Assembly (NCBI GenBank): GCA_038884755.1
Contig: JAWABJ010000001.1
Coordinates: 32,001 to 96,000 of the forward strand
From: Candidatus Norongarragalinales archaeon
Lineage (GTDB): Archaea > Micrarchaeota > Micrarchaeia > Norongarragalinales > Norongarragalinaceae
Reading direction: 5' to 3'
Length of the DNA stretch: 64,000 bases
Part shown: positions 28,599 through 38,532 of the stretch, one piece after another
Position numbering within the stretch: the stretch's first letter is position 1
How the letters are laid out: every line of letters begins with the position of its first letter
The notes under the pieces: generated by a model
Databases searched by the model: none
What the model was told of the DNA's origin: nothing
The model's input: the letters and a program-made list of their open reading frames with translations, nothing else
Translations under genes and position numbers: made by a program

Positions 28599-30209
28599 AT
28601 GGTTTCTATCCGAGTAAGCAAAAAGGGGTTGTTCAAGAGAATCGGGGCGAAGGTGAGTGAAGACAAGGTTTACGAAGCGCTGCACCAGACCAAAGTGGTT
28701 TTTGAAGGGGAAGAGCGCGGAACTGTTTCGCTGGAAATAACTGCCGACAGGCCGGACTTGCTTTCGCTGCAGGGCGTTGCGCGCGCGGTGCGCGGGTTCT
28801 TGGGTATTGAAAAGGGAATGCCCAAAATGCTTTTGCAGGAAAGCCCTTTTGTGTTGCACATAGACAAGAGCGTCGCGAAAGTGAGGCCGGTCATAGCGTG
28901 CGCGCTCGTCGAGGGTGTGAAGCTTGACGGCGCGGGTTTCGAAGAGCTGATTCAAACGCAGGAAAAGCTCACGCTCACGCACGGACGGAGGCGGAGGAAA
29001 GTCGCGATCGGAGTGCACGACGCTTCGCAAATTCGGTTTCCCTTGGTTTACAAGGCCATTCCATCTTCCTCTCCAGTCCAGTTCGTGCCGTTGAACGAAA
29101 CCAGGAAAATGACCGTCGCGCAAGTGATGCGCGAGCACGAAAAGGGAATGGAATACGGGTTTACGCTTGCAGGGCAGCCGTTTTATCCCGTGATTTTCGA
29201 CGATTACGGGGACATAATTTCCTTTCCTCCCATAATCAACTCCGCCAAGACGACTGTTTCCACTCGGACGACGAAGCTGTTGCTTGACGTTACTGGAACG
29301 GATTTCGAGGCGTGCAACGCCGCGCTCAACATTTTGTGCCAGGATTTCGCAGACGACGGCGCTCGGGTTTATTCCGTCAAAACCGGCTCGAGGTGGACGC
29401 CGGAAATTGCTCCTGAAAAAATAAGTTTAGACGCGGGGAAGGCGGGAAAGCTGCTCGGCCTGCAGTTGAGCGCAAGGCAGGCTGCCGACTGCCTGCAAAA
29501 GCAGAGGCTTGGTGCAAGGGTTTCCGGAAGCAAAATTGAAGTTTCAATTCCTAGATACCGGACGGACTTCTTGCATTGGATTGACTTGGTCGAGGAAATT
29601 GCGATTGGCTACGGCTACAACGAGTTCGAACCGAAAACGCCTGGCGTTTTCACTATAGGTCGCTTGAGCCAAGAAACGCTTTTGGAGGAAAGGCTGAGGG
29701 ATTTGATGGTCGGCGCGGGGTTCGTGGAACAGTGGACTTATATCCTCACTTCGGCTTCAAAACACCCTGCAGGGGAAATAGTGAGAATAAAAAACCCTGT
29801 TTCGAGCGATTACAACGCAATTCGTTCGTCGCTTTTGCCTTCGCTTTTCGACACTCTTTCGAAAAACACGCACGAGGCTTACCCGCAAAAAGTTTTTGAA
29901 GCCGGCGAGGTGGTGGTGAAAGATGCAAAGCATCCCAACCGCACCGTTTCCCAAAGGCGATTGGGTTGCGTTTTTGCCGGCGCCCAAGCGAACTTCAGCG
30001 AAATCGCTTCGCTTGCACTGAAGGCTGCGAGAGTGCGGTGGAACGGCGTTTCTTTCAGGAAGGCCGAACGCGAGGGTTTCATCGAGGGAAGGTGCGTTTC
30101 GCTTTGGGTGGCCGGAAAGGAAATAGGCTTTGCTGGCGAAGCACACCCGTCTGCGTTGGAAAAAATGCAGGTCGAAGTGCCGGTAGTGGCGTTCGAACTC
30201 GTGGTTTGA
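28599..30209 (+). CDS. pheT: Phenylalanyl-tRNA synthetase beta subunit
   Basis: DRPDLLS, SFPPIINS, YRTDFLH, DLVEEIAIGYGY. Confidence 0.96.
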   Translation: MVSIRVSKKGLFKRIGAKVSEDKVYEALHQTKVVFEGEERGTVSLEITADRPDLLSLQGVARAVRGFLGIEKGMPKMLLQESPFVLHIDKSVAKVRPVIACALVEGVKLDGAGFEELIQTQEKLTLTHGRRRRKVAIGVHDASQIRFPLVYKAIPSSSPVQFVPLNETRKMTVAQVMREHEKGMEYGFTLAGQPFYPVIFDDYGDIISFPPIINSAKTTVSTRTTKLLLDVTGTDFEACNAALNILCQDFADDGARVYSVKTGSRWTPEIAPEKISLDAGKAGKLLGLQLSARQAADCLQKQRLGARVSGSKIEVSIPRYRTDFLHWIDLVEEIAIGYGYNEFEPKTPGVFTIGRLSQETLLEERLRDLMVGAGFVEQWTYILTSASKHPAGEIVRIKNPVSSDYNAIRSSLLPSLFDTLSKNTHEAYPQKVFEAGEVVVKDAKHPNRTVSQRRLGCVFAGAQANFSEIASLALKAARVRWNGVSFRKAEREGFIEGRCVSLWVAGKEIGFAGEAHPSALEKMQVEVPVVAFELVV

Positions 30210-30219
30210 TTTTTACGCT

Positions 30220-31722
30220 TCAAACGACGTCGATTATCACGCGCTCGACTTCGATTATTTTCACGGTTTTCAGCTGTTCCAGCGCGAAGTCGATTTTTTC
30301 TTTCCTTTCGGCGTACATTTCGAACAGGACGTCGCCCTTGTCCACGTGCTCTCCCTTGGAAACCATGAAAATCATTCCGGCTTTCTTGTCTTTCGGCGCG
30401 CCAAGCGCCCTGCAGACGCGCGATATCGCGCGGTTGTCTATGTGTTCGACGCGCCCTTCTTCGCCAGCCTTCACTATGTGCTTGTACTTTCCGGGCTTGA
30501 GGCTTTCCGGCGTCACGTTGGGGTCTCCCCCTTGCGCTTGCAGGATTTGCCTGAATTTTTCAAGCGCTTTTCCGCTCAACACCTGCCTTTTCGCGAGCTT
30601 GTAGCCTTCTTCCCTGCTTATTCCCTTCACCATGCTCAGCAGTATCCCGCTCATCGAACAGGCTTTTTCGAGCAGCGCGTGGTTGTGCTGGTTTGAAAGC
30701 GTTTCCAAAACCGTGCGGGCTTCGAGCACCGGGCCTATGGTTTCGACCAGCGGCCCGCTTCCGTCGGTGATGGTGCTTTCGACTTTCATTCCCAACAGCG
30801 AACCTATTGCGGAAAAGTCCGCCGCAAGTTCCTTCGCCGCTTTCACGTCGTTCAGCTTCGCCCCTTTTCCGACGGGCAGGTCTATCAAGACGAATTTCGC
30901 GCCTTCCGCCTTTTTTTTGGCGAGAATGCTCGACAGCAAGAGCGGCTTGGGGTCGAGGCGGAGGGGATTGCGTATTTTGATGAGCTTGTCGTCGGCCGAA
31001 GCCATGTTCAGCGCTCCTCCCCAAACGAGGCAGCCGCCGGTTTTTTTCACTACTTGGCCGACTTTTTTTATGGGCAGGGCGACCGGCGCCAAGACTTCCA
31101 TGACGTCGGCTGTTCCCGCGGCTGAGGATATCGCGCGAGAGCAGGTTTTCGGTATGACGAAGCCGAGCGAAGCCATTATCGGCACGAGAATCATGGAAAC
31201 CCTGTCGCCCGCAACGCCGCCTATGCTGTGTTCGGAAACCACCTTTCCGCTTTTGAAGTGCAGCTGCTCGCCGGACGAGTAAATCGCTTTGGTGAGTGCG
31301 ACGGTCTCGTCGGTGTTCAGCCCGCGCGTGTAGATGCCCGCGATGAAAGCCGCAAGTTCCGCTTGGCTCAGGCTTTCGGAATTCAAGTCGCGTATTATCG
31401 AGGCGATTTCCCACTCGCTTAGGATTCCGCCGTCGAGCTTTTTCCTGATCAAGTCCAGGCTGGACGGCCTTTGTATGACTTCGACCTTTATCCTGTCGCC
31501 GTTTTTCGCCTTGAGGGCGTCGGCAACTTCCCTGAAAACCCCGATAGTGCCTTGCGGGACGCAGCCCACGCAAACGTCCACCATCGCGGTTATGCTCTTG
31601 CTTCTTAGAGTGATTTTAACTCTGTCCATTATTCCCAAGTCCATTTGCTTGGCCTGGTCTTCGCTCAAGACGATTTCGTTCTGCCCTTGTTCGATGTCGA
31701 AAACCGCGGCTTTAAGTTCCAT
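30220..31722 (-). CDS. deoA: AMP phosphorylase (thymidine phosphorylase family)
   Basis: HSIGGVAG, PKTCSRAISSAAGTAD, archaeal N-terminal extension; real start MELKAAV at 31722. Confidence 0.92.
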   Translation of the reverse strand: MELKAAVFDIEQGQNEIVLSEDQAKQMDLGIMDRVKITLRSKSITAMVDVCVGCVPQGTIGVFREVADALKAKNGDRIKVEVIQRPSSLDLIRKKLDGGILSEWEIASIIRDLNSESLSQAELAAFIAGIYTRGLNTDETVALTKAIYSSGEQLHFKSGKVVSEHSIGGVAGDRVSMILVPIMASLGFVIPKTCSRAISSAAGTADVMEVLAPVALPIKKVGQVVKKTGGCLVWGGALNMASADDKLIKIRNPLRLDPKPLLLSSILAKKKAEGAKFVLIDLPVGKGAKLNDVKAAKELAADFSAIGSLLGMKVESTITDGSGPLVETIGPVLEARTVLETLSNQHNHALLEKACSMSGILLSMVKGISREEGYKLAKRQVLSGKALEKFRQILQAQGGDPNVTPESLKPGKYKHIVKAGEEGRVEHIDNRAISRVCRALGAPKDKKAGMIFMVSKGEHVDKGDVLFEMYAERKEKIDFALEQLKTVKIIEVERVIIDVV

Positions 31723-31885
31723 GCTGTTCGCTCTCCAAAGCAAATGCTTTTTATTCGCTATGCAAATATAATTGTGTTCGTTAAACCCCCCACTGGAGGG
31801 CAGGCTCGCAAGAGCAGGGGGTTTTAAAGCGTGCAGGGCAATTTGTTTTTCGTAAACACGCGTTTTTGCAAGAGGGTGTTTTTGC

Positions 31886-32986
31886 ATGGCAAGGCCAGAT
31901 TTTGACAAGATGTTCGGAAACAGGAGTTCGGTCGAGCTTCCGGGTACCGGCAAGCCTTTGACCAAGGAAGACGAGGAGTTGATGCAATTCCTGTCAGAAA
32001 GCGCACCCAAAATTGCTATTGTCGGGGCCGGCGGAAGCGGAACGAACACTCTCAACCGCCTTGCGGAGCTCAGCGTCGCGGGCGCGAAGGTTTTTGCAAC
32101 TAACACTGACGCCCAGCACTTGATGACCATCAAGGCTGACAAGAAGATTCTGATGGGCAAGATGAAGACCAAAGGCAGGGGTGCCGGAAGCAATCCTGAA
32201 GTCGGCGAGGCTGCTGCCCTCGAAACGCGGGAGGAGTTCAAGAAAGCGTTGGAAGGATATGACTTGGTTTTCGTGACTTGCGGGCTTGGCGGCGGGACTG
32301 GAACCGGAAGCGCGCATGTGATAGCTTCTTCTGCCAAGGAGAACGGCGCGCTCGTGATAGCGGTTGTCACCTTGCCGTTTACTTCCGAAGGCACCAAGCG
32401 CATGCGCAACGCGATGGTAGGGTTGGAAAAGCTCAAGAAAGTCGCCGACACTTGCATAGTCATTCCAAACGACAAGCTGCTTTACTTTGTTGCTGACCTT
32501 CCTTTGAATTCGGCGTTCAAGACGAGCGACATGGTGCTCGCGAATGCAGTCAAAGGAATAACCGAACTCATAACGAAACCTGGACTGGTGAACTTGGATT
32601 TCGCCGACGTGCGCACCATCCTGGAAAAAAGCGGGAGTGCGATGATTGGGTTGGGGGAAGTTTCTACTCCCGACCAGCGCAACAAAGTGGTGCTTGCGGC
32701 TGAAAAGGCGTTGAGTTCTCCGCTGTTGGACTTGGACATAAGGCAGGCGGACAAGGTTTTGATAAACATCACGGGCGGGAGCGACATGACTCTTGGCGAA
32801 GCCGAGGCTGCGGTGCAGGCGATAGGCGCGAGAGTAGCGAAAGAAGCGCACATAATTTGGGGCGCGGCGGTCGACAACACGATGCAGAACACGAACGTGC
32901 GAGTTCTTGCAGTTCTCGCTGGCATCAAGGACGAAGGAGCGCCCGGCGGGGAAGAGCAAGAGCCCATAGATTTGGAGTTCATTTGA
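31886..32986 (+). CDS. ftsZ: Cell division protein FtsZ
   Basis: GLGGGTGTG, NLDFADV. Confidence 0.98.
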   Translation: MARPDFDKMFGNRSSVELPGTGKPLTKEDEELMQFLSESAPKIAIVGAGGSGTNTLNRLAELSVAGAKVFATNTDAQHLMTIKADKKILMGKMKTKGRGAGSNPEVGEAAALETREEFKKALEGYDLVFVTCGLGGGTGTGSAHVIASSAKENGALVIAVVTLPFTSEGTKRMRNAMVGLEKLKKVADTCIVIPNDKLLYFVADLPLNSAFKTSDMVLANAVKGITELITKPGLVNLDFADVRTILEKSGSAMIGLGEVSTPDQRNKVVLAAEKALSSPLLDLDIRQADKVLINITGGSDMTLGEAEAAVQAIGARVAKEAHIIWGAAVDNTMQNTNVRVLAVLAGIKDEGAPGGEEQEPIDLEFI

Positions 32987-33038
32987 TTTTTCTTTCTTTT
33001 TGAAAAGAAAGAAAACGGGAAAAGGTTTTTTTTTGAAA

Positions 33039-33227
33039 ATGGTTGACTTGAGCGGAATCGGGCAGGGCGTGAGCGGGTTCATCGAGCAGTCGCAGCGCGT
33101 CATAAGCATTACTTACAAGCCTAGGGACGTGGAGTTCAGGCAAATGGCTTTCACCACCGCGATAGGAATGCTTTTGCTCGGCGTGATAGGGTTCGTGATT
33201 ACGCTCGTTTCTTTCGTGTACCGTTGA
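33039..33227 (+). CDS. secE: Protein translocase SecE/Sec61-gamma
   Basis: RVISITYKPRDVEF plus TM; conserved synteny. Confidence 0.92.
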   Translation: MVDLSGIGQGVSGFIEQSQRVISITYKPRDVEFRQMAFTTAIGMLLLGVIGFVITLVSFVYR

Positions 33228-33248
33228 TTGGGGAGTTGAAAAAACAAA

Positions 33249-33698
33249 ATGTTGTTCGCATACCGGGTTACCGCGGGGCAAGAGAGCATTGTCGCTGATT
33301 TGCTTTCCGAGAAAGTGCGCAAGTCGAGCGCGCCCATTCAGGCTATAATCGTTTCCCCCCGCTTGAAAGGGTATTTGATGGTGGAAGGGGCGGACCAGGC
33401 GGAAGTGAAAAAGCTCGTCGCAGGAGTTCCGCACGTCAAGGGGGTTTTGGCGAAGAGCATCGAGATAGGCGAAATCAAGGAGCTTTTGGAAAGCGCGCCA
33501 GTGGAAATCAACCTCGAGCGCGGGCAGCTCGTGGAAATAACGAGCGGGCCGTTCAAGGGAGAAAAGGCGAAGATAGTGCGCATCGACGAGGCGAAGGAAG
33601 ACGTGACTGTGGAGTTGGTGGAAGTGGCGGTGCCTATCCCTGTCACAATCAAGCTCGACACGATTAAAGTCTTGCCTCAAGGCCAGCAGCACGGCTGA
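33249..33698 (+). CDS. spt5: Transcription elongation factor Spt5
   Basis: TAGQE, KGYLMVE, KOW GPFKGEKA. Confidence 0.96.
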   Translation: MLFAYRVTAGQESIVADLLSEKVRKSSAPIQAIIVSPRLKGYLMVEGADQAEVKKLVAGVPHVKGVLAKSIEIGEIKELLESAPVEINLERGQLVEITSGPFKGEKAKIVRIDEAKEDVTVELVEVAVPIPVTIKLDTIKVLPQGQQHG

Positions 33699-33701
33699 GC
33701 C

Positions 33702-35420
33702 TCACGCGCTTTTGATGCATTCGGGGATTATTCTCCTTGCAACAGCAAACCCGTTTTTGATTCCGTTCCTGCAGATGTTTCCATAAACCACTTTTCCCTT
33801 GCTGGAGCTTGCGTGAATCATGGTGCACTCGCCGTAAGGCGCGTTCGGAATAGCGTTTCCAACGTAAAGCATCACGTGGCTCATAGTCTGCCACGAATAT
33901 CTTTTTCGGTTGGGGTTCACCCGCAGGAAAAGCAAATCTCCCGGAACTATGTCTTTCCGGTTTACGGCAACGCCTTTGGTCGCCTGGAGCGTTGCGAGGT
34001 GCGCGAGCGGAATTCCTATTTTCTGGTAGGCTTTCAGCGTCAATCCCGAGCAATCCACTCCCCTCGTTATGCTTTCGCCACCCCAAACGTACGGGAGGTT
34101 CAAGTACCTCTGGGCTTCCTTGATTACCTTTTGCGCCTGCTCTTGGCATTTGGACGTGGTTTTTTTGTTTTCGGGGTTGCTGACAGGCTCTAGTTCGGAG
34201 GAAACAGAATTAAATTCCTCGAGGCTCACTTGCCGTTCGTAATCCCGCTTTTCTTCTGGCGTGGTTTCAACGTGGTTGACCTTCACGACTATCGGAATGC
34301 TTTTGCTTTCCGCCTGTAGCCTCGAAAAGAAGACGAATAGTTTGTTTTGCGATTCGTCGAAGTCGAAAAACCCGTACTCGTCCGTGTCCCTGCTGGCGAA
34401 GTCGGCGTTGATTTCGAAAGAGTATTGTGTTGGCGTCGTTTGCCTGGTGGTTACCTGAAGGTAGTCTTTACCATCGCCTTCAACCCTTACTAGCGCAGAA
34501 CCCAAGTCGACCTTGGATTCAGCGGTGAATTCCAGGACGTCGGTCGGTTCGTCCTCGCTTATTTCGAGGATTACCGATTGAGGCAGCTGTGGGAATTCGA
34601 ATCCAGTGATGTCGGTTTGCTGGCTTTGCCGGGTTATGTTGGCCTGCGTTTGCTTGAGGCGGTCGAGAAAACTTTGGGGCGGCGGCGTTGGTGAACCCGA
34701 GGGGGAGACGATAGTCGCAGGAGTCGGGGTTGCCGAAGCCTCGTCTTTCGCTTTCTTCACTTCGTCCAGAAACTCGCCCAACCCTTTCGCGGTTTCCTCG
34801 ACGGTATTCTCGTTTTGCCTTGCTTTGAGCATGGCTTCGTTGAGCTTTTCCTCGAAAACCTCCCTTTCGTCGTCTTCCATGCGCTCCAACAGAGAGCTTG
34901 CCTTGCGCAAGACTGGCTCGAGGGTTTTCTTTTCCTCTTCGCTCAATCCTTTCGGCGAGAAAACGTGGATGGGCTTTTTGGCTATGGGGAACAAAGTGAA
35001 TTTTTTGCTTTCAGTCTTGCGCTCGAAAGACTGTCCCGGTCCGAGCGTAATCGCAGTATGCCTCAAGACCGGCGGTTCGCTGTTGTCGAAAAACGTGGTT
35101 TTCGCTTCAGCCCGCTCGGAGTTCGCGAAAAACACTTCCTGCGAGTTTTCGGCTACAGACGGAGGAATGACGTCTATCACTCCGAACTCGACGCCTTGCG
35201 TGCCTTGATTTTCGTAAACCACAACGTCCCCCGTGGGGGTGAAAGTTTTTTTGACTGCGACGGCCTGCCCGTCGATGGAATAGTTTTTCCCTTCGGGGGT
35301 TTTTTGCTTTGACGTCTCCAAAACAGGAGGACTGGGGTTGAGGATTGCAAGCAAGGCGAGCAGAACGAAGAAAATTGCGATGCCAACTTTGTAGTCGGAA
35401 AGTTGCATAGCATTCAACAC
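33702..35420 (-). CDS. Secreted/anchored protein with C-terminal NlpC/P60 domain
   Basis: PYVWGG...DCSGL, PGDLLF, SHVMLY, MIHAS; N-terminal TM; PT linker. Confidence 0.9.
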   Translation of the reverse strand: MLNAMQLSDYKVGIAIFFVLLALLAILNPSPPVLETSKQKTPEGKNYSIDGQAVAVKKTFTPTGDVVVYENQGTQGVEFGVIDVIPPSVAENSQEVFFANSERAEAKTTFFDNSEPPVLRHTAITLGPGQSFERKTESKKFTLFPIAKKPIHVFSPKGLSEEEKKTLEPVLRKASSLLERMEDDEREVFEEKLNEAMLKARQNENTVEETAKGLGEFLDEVKKAKDEASATPTPATIVSPSGSPTPPPQSFLDRLKQTQANITRQSQQTDITGFEFPQLPQSVILEISEDEPTDVLEFTAESKVDLGSALVRVEGDGKDYLQVTTRQTTPTQYSFEINADFASRDTDEYGFFDFDESQNKLFVFFSRLQAESKSIPIVVKVNHVETTPEEKRDYERQVSLEEFNSVSSELEPVSNPENKKTTSKCQEQAQKVIKEAQRYLNLPYVWGGESITRGVDCSGLTLKAYQKIGIPLAHLATLQATKGVAVNRKDIVPGDLLFLRVNPNRKRYSWQTMSHVMLYVGNAIPNAPYGECTMIHASSSKGKVVYGNICRNGIKNGFAVARRIIPECIKSA

Positions 35421-35539
35421 TCAAAACAAAGTCTTAAATAATTGCTTTGGGCAAGTTTTGTTGCAGCTTCTATTATTTCGAATGCGTTGTTAGATAGTTT
35501 AGTTTGGAGTTTTGAATTTCAAAAAAGGTGTTTGCACAT

Positions 35540-36034
35540 ATGGCGAGACAGACGATTGCGGCGATGGTTGAAGGCGGGAAAGCGAGCGCAGCCCCTCCTT
35601 TGGGTCCGGCTCTCGGGCCAAGCGGATTGAACATTGGCGAAGTCATTGCTAAAATCAACGAGAGGACGAAAGATTTCGCTGGGATGCAGGTTCCCATTAA
35701 AGTGATTTTTGAAAAAGGCAGCAAGACTTTCGAAATCGAAGTTGGAACGCCTCCAACGAGCGCGTTGGTGAAGAAAGAACTTGGCATCAACGCGCCGGTG
35801 AAGGAAGAGGCGGGAGTGAAAGGAAAGAAGACAATCGGAAACCTGAGCATAACGCAAATAGTGAAGATTGCGAACATGAAGCGCGATTCTTCGCTCGCTA
35901 CCACTCTCAAGCAGCAGGCGAAGGAAGTTGCCGGAACGTGCTTGAGTTTAGGAGTCACAATTGAGGGGAAGAATGCGCGAGAATTTATTAAGGTAGTAAA
36001 TGAAGGGTTGTTCGACTCGCAACTGGCGGGCTAG
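35540..36034 (+). CDS. rpl11: 50S ribosomal protein L11
   Basis: GGKASAAPPLGPALGP. Confidence 0.98.
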   Translation: MARQTIAAMVEGGKASAAPPLGPALGPSGLNIGEVIAKINERTKDFAGMQVPIKVIFEKGSKTFEIEVGTPPTSALVKKELGINAPVKEEAGVKGKKTIGNLSITQIVKIANMKRDSSLATTLKQQAKEVAGTCLSLGVTIEGKNAREFIKVVNEGLFDSQLAG

Positions 36035-36067
36035 TGTTTTTATTTTCGTTCGACTCCTATTTTTCTC

Positions 36068-36781
36068 ATGCCAAAATCGGAAGGTCCGCGACTCGAATTT
36101 GTGGAATTGTTTCCTCACGTTGGCTTGAAATCTCGTGGTAGGGTAAAGCAAGCACTAACCTCGTTTTTAAACCACCATTCGGAAGAGCAGGCGAAAAGAC
36201 TAGCAGCTTTTATTGGCGCGCACGTGTTGCACGGAAAAAGATTGAATCAAGAACGAGTAACGAGTTTTTACAAGCACGTTGGATTTTTCATTGAAAACCC
36301 TCAAGCTGTTGACGCAGTTCGAACTCTTGTCGGAGAGGCAAATGCGGTTGTTGGAAGCATGAACGCGTTCAAGAGAGACATGCAGCTATCCAAGGCAGAA
36401 GAGCGGGCGCGTCATCTACAAAGCGGGCACACTCTCGAATCTAGTTTGATAGAGTTTTCAAAACTACTTGCAAACCACTTGTCGAGCTACGGCGTCAGCG
36501 AGCAAGCCCTAAACCATTTTGCTCCTAAAGATCCCGTTGCAATCATGAGGACGCTTACTCTAGCCCGAGTTGATAGAAAGCACTTTCGAGGCCGAGAAGA
36601 TGCGATAGCATGTAATCCGTTAGAAAAAGACCGGCGCGAGAGCTGGAAGTATTACTTGAACCAAAAATTTTCCAAGGGCATTTCTCAACGTTTGTCTAAT
36701 CTTTTTGAAAACTCTAAGTCTTTCTTTCCCGTGGTTTTAAGCAAAAAAGCAAAGCCAAAACAATACGGCTTGTTTGATTAG
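36068..36781 (+). CDS. Orphan hypothetical protein, visibly AT-richer than flanks
   Basis: 237-aa ORF filling the rpl11-rpl1 gap; no motif recognised. Confidence 0.65.
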   Translation: MPKSEGPRLEFVELFPHVGLKSRGRVKQALTSFLNHHSEEQAKRLAAFIGAHVLHGKRLNQERVTSFYKHVGFFIENPQAVDAVRTLVGEANAVVGSMNAFKRDMQLSKAEERARHLQSGHTLESSLIEFSKLLANHLSSYGVSEQALNHFAPKDPVAIMRTLTLARVDRKHFRGREDAIACNPLEKDRRESWKYYLNQKFSKGISQRLSNLFENSKSFFPVVLSKKAKPKQYGLFD

Positions 36782-36860
36782 GCCTAAGCCAAACGCTAGG
36801 GAAGTTTCGCTAGGGAAAAGGTTTTAAATCCCCGGGCGAAAGTTATTTTCTGCTCGTTTT

Positions 36861-36990
36861 CCCGTTACTGGCGAAAGCTTAAGCCTGAGCTTTCGCAAAT
36901 CACTGTCTTCGAGTGAAGCCAGGAGGGGCGGCAAAGCTTTGCTTTGCAACTGCTTTAAGGAAAACCGGGTTTCCACAGAGCTTAAAGTGC
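36861..36990 (+). promoter_or_regulatory. Structured 5' leader of rpl1-rpl10-rpl12
   Basis: Several stems, including perfect GCGAAAGCT/AGCTTTCGC; TATA-like TTTTAAAT near 36822. Confidence 0.5.
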
Positions 36991-36996
36991 ATTAAA

Positions 36997-37653
36997 ATGG
37001 TTTTGCTGGACAAGAAGAGTGCGGACAATGCTTTAGCCGAAGCTATCGCGCAAAAGGGCGAGAAGAAGTTCGTGCAAAGCATCGACCTAGCAATTAATTT
37101 TCAGGACGTCGATTTCAAGAAGCAAGAGGGGAGGATAAACCTCGAAGTCATTCTCCCGTTCGAGCCCAAACCTTCGCGCGTTTGCGTTTTCGCCGACGGC
37201 CAGCAGGGGCTGGATGCGAAGAAGGCCGGGGCGGATTTGGTGGTTTCTTCAGCCGAGATAGACTCTTACGCGAAGGACAAGAAAAAACTCGGCGAGCTTT
37301 TGGAGTACTCGTTGCTTGCAGTGCCGCAGCTCATGGTTCCCATTGGAAAGTCCTTGGGCAAAGTGCTGGGCGCGAGGGGAAAAACGCCGAAACCCATTCC
37401 GCCGAATGCGAACTTGCAGAATTTGGTTTCTTCGGCAAAGCGCAGCTTGACGCTCAAGGCGAAGGGAAAATTCCTTCCCAGCGTGCACTGCATCGTGGGC
37501 AAGGAAAACATGCCCCGAGAGCAAATTTTGGAGAACATTCTCGCCGTTTTCGCTGCAATAGAGCGGCAGGGTTTCGACAAGAACGTGAAAAGCGTTTTCG
37601 TCAAGACGACTATGGGCAAGCCCGTGAAGCTGGGCGCGGCGAAAGCAGCGTAA
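36997..37653 (+). CDS. rpl1: 50S ribosomal protein L1
   Basis: KFVQSIDLAINF, LGARGKTP, VKTTMG. Confidence 0.97.
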   Translation: MVLLDKKSADNALAEAIAQKGEKKFVQSIDLAINFQDVDFKKQEGRINLEVILPFEPKPSRVCVFADGQQGLDAKKAGADLVVSSAEIDSYAKDKKKLGELLEYSLLAVPQLMVPIGKSLGKVLGARGKTPKPIPPNANLQNLVSSAKRSLTLKAKGKFLPSVHCIVGKENMPREQILENILAVFAAIERQGFDKNVKSVFVKTTMGKPVKLGAAKAA

Positions 37654-37666
37654 AGGGTCGTAAAAA

Positions 37667-38503
37667 ATGGTTTCTAAGCAGGAAAAACATGGCATCGTGC
37701 TGAAAGTCAAGGAAGAGTCTAAAAGGCATTCCGTGATTGCCGTTGCTTCGATAGATTCGCTTCCGTCACGCAATTACAGTGCGATAAAGAAAAAGCTGCG
37801 CGGGCAGGCGGACATTGTTTTCGCTAGGCACACGCTTTTGAAAATGGCTTTGGAGGAAGGGAAGCCCGAGGCGAAGGAATTGCTTTCTTTTTTGGGCAAC
37901 GGCGGGGTTTTGGTTTTTACTTCGCTTCCTGCGTTCAAGCTTTACAAGCTGTTCAAGCAGAACAAGAGCAAGTCGGCCGCAAAACCGGGACAGGTTGCTC
38001 CTTACGACATTATCATTCCCGCTGGGGAAACCAATCTTGCCCCAGGGCCAGTGCTTACCGAATTGAAACAGGCAAAAATCGACGCCAAAATCCAGGGAAC
38101 AAAAGTAGTAATCGCGAAAGATGCTGTTGTGGCGAAGAAGGGCGACGTTATTTCCGACCAGGCGGCCAAGATTCTGGTAAAGCTCGGCGTGCAGCCGATG
38201 GAAATAGGCATTGACGTGAAGGCAGTTTGGGACAACGGCCTACTCTACACGCAAGACGTTTTGGATGTGGACGAGGTTGCTTTCACCGAGAGCTTGAAGC
38301 AGGCTCACGCGCAGGCAATAAACCTCGCAGTGTTCGCGGGAATAATGAACGAAGCGACAGCGCAAATAATAATCGCCAAGGCGGCTCGCGAGGCGAACGC
38401 TTTGCAGAAACTGGTAGGCTCGAAGTCCGCCGCTCCTGCGCCGGCCGAAACTCCCGCAACGCAGGAAAGCCAGGCGACGGCGGAACCCGCCCCCGCACAG
38501 TAA
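37667..38503 (+). CDS. rpl10: 50S ribosomal protein L10 (P0)
   Basis: AKPGQVAPYDI, GETNLAPGP; synteny. Confidence 0.96.
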   Translation: MVSKQEKHGIVLKVKEESKRHSVIAVASIDSLPSRNYSAIKKKLRGQADIVFARHTLLKMALEEGKPEAKELLSFLGNGGVLVFTSLPAFKLYKLFKQNKSKSAAKPGQVAPYDIIIPAGETNLAPGPVLTELKQAKIDAKIQGTKVVIAKDAVVAKKGDVISDQAAKILVKLGVQPMEIGIDVKAVWDNGLLYTQDVLDVDEVAFTESLKQAHAQAINLAVFAGIMNEATAQIIIAKAAREANALQKLVGSKSAAPAPAETPATQESQATAEPAPAQ

Positions 38504-38532
38504 AACCGTGATTTTAGGAGTGTGAATGAAAA

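Noticed and set aside
31723..32475. 250-aa N-terminal extension of the AMP phosphorylase ORF
   Set aside because: Antisense shadow of ftsZ; the family-like sequence starts at ATG 31722
36010..36056. GTTCGACTC twice, resembling a tRNA T-loop or att site
   Set aside because: No cloverleaf can be built and no matching copy lies on the far side of the orphan
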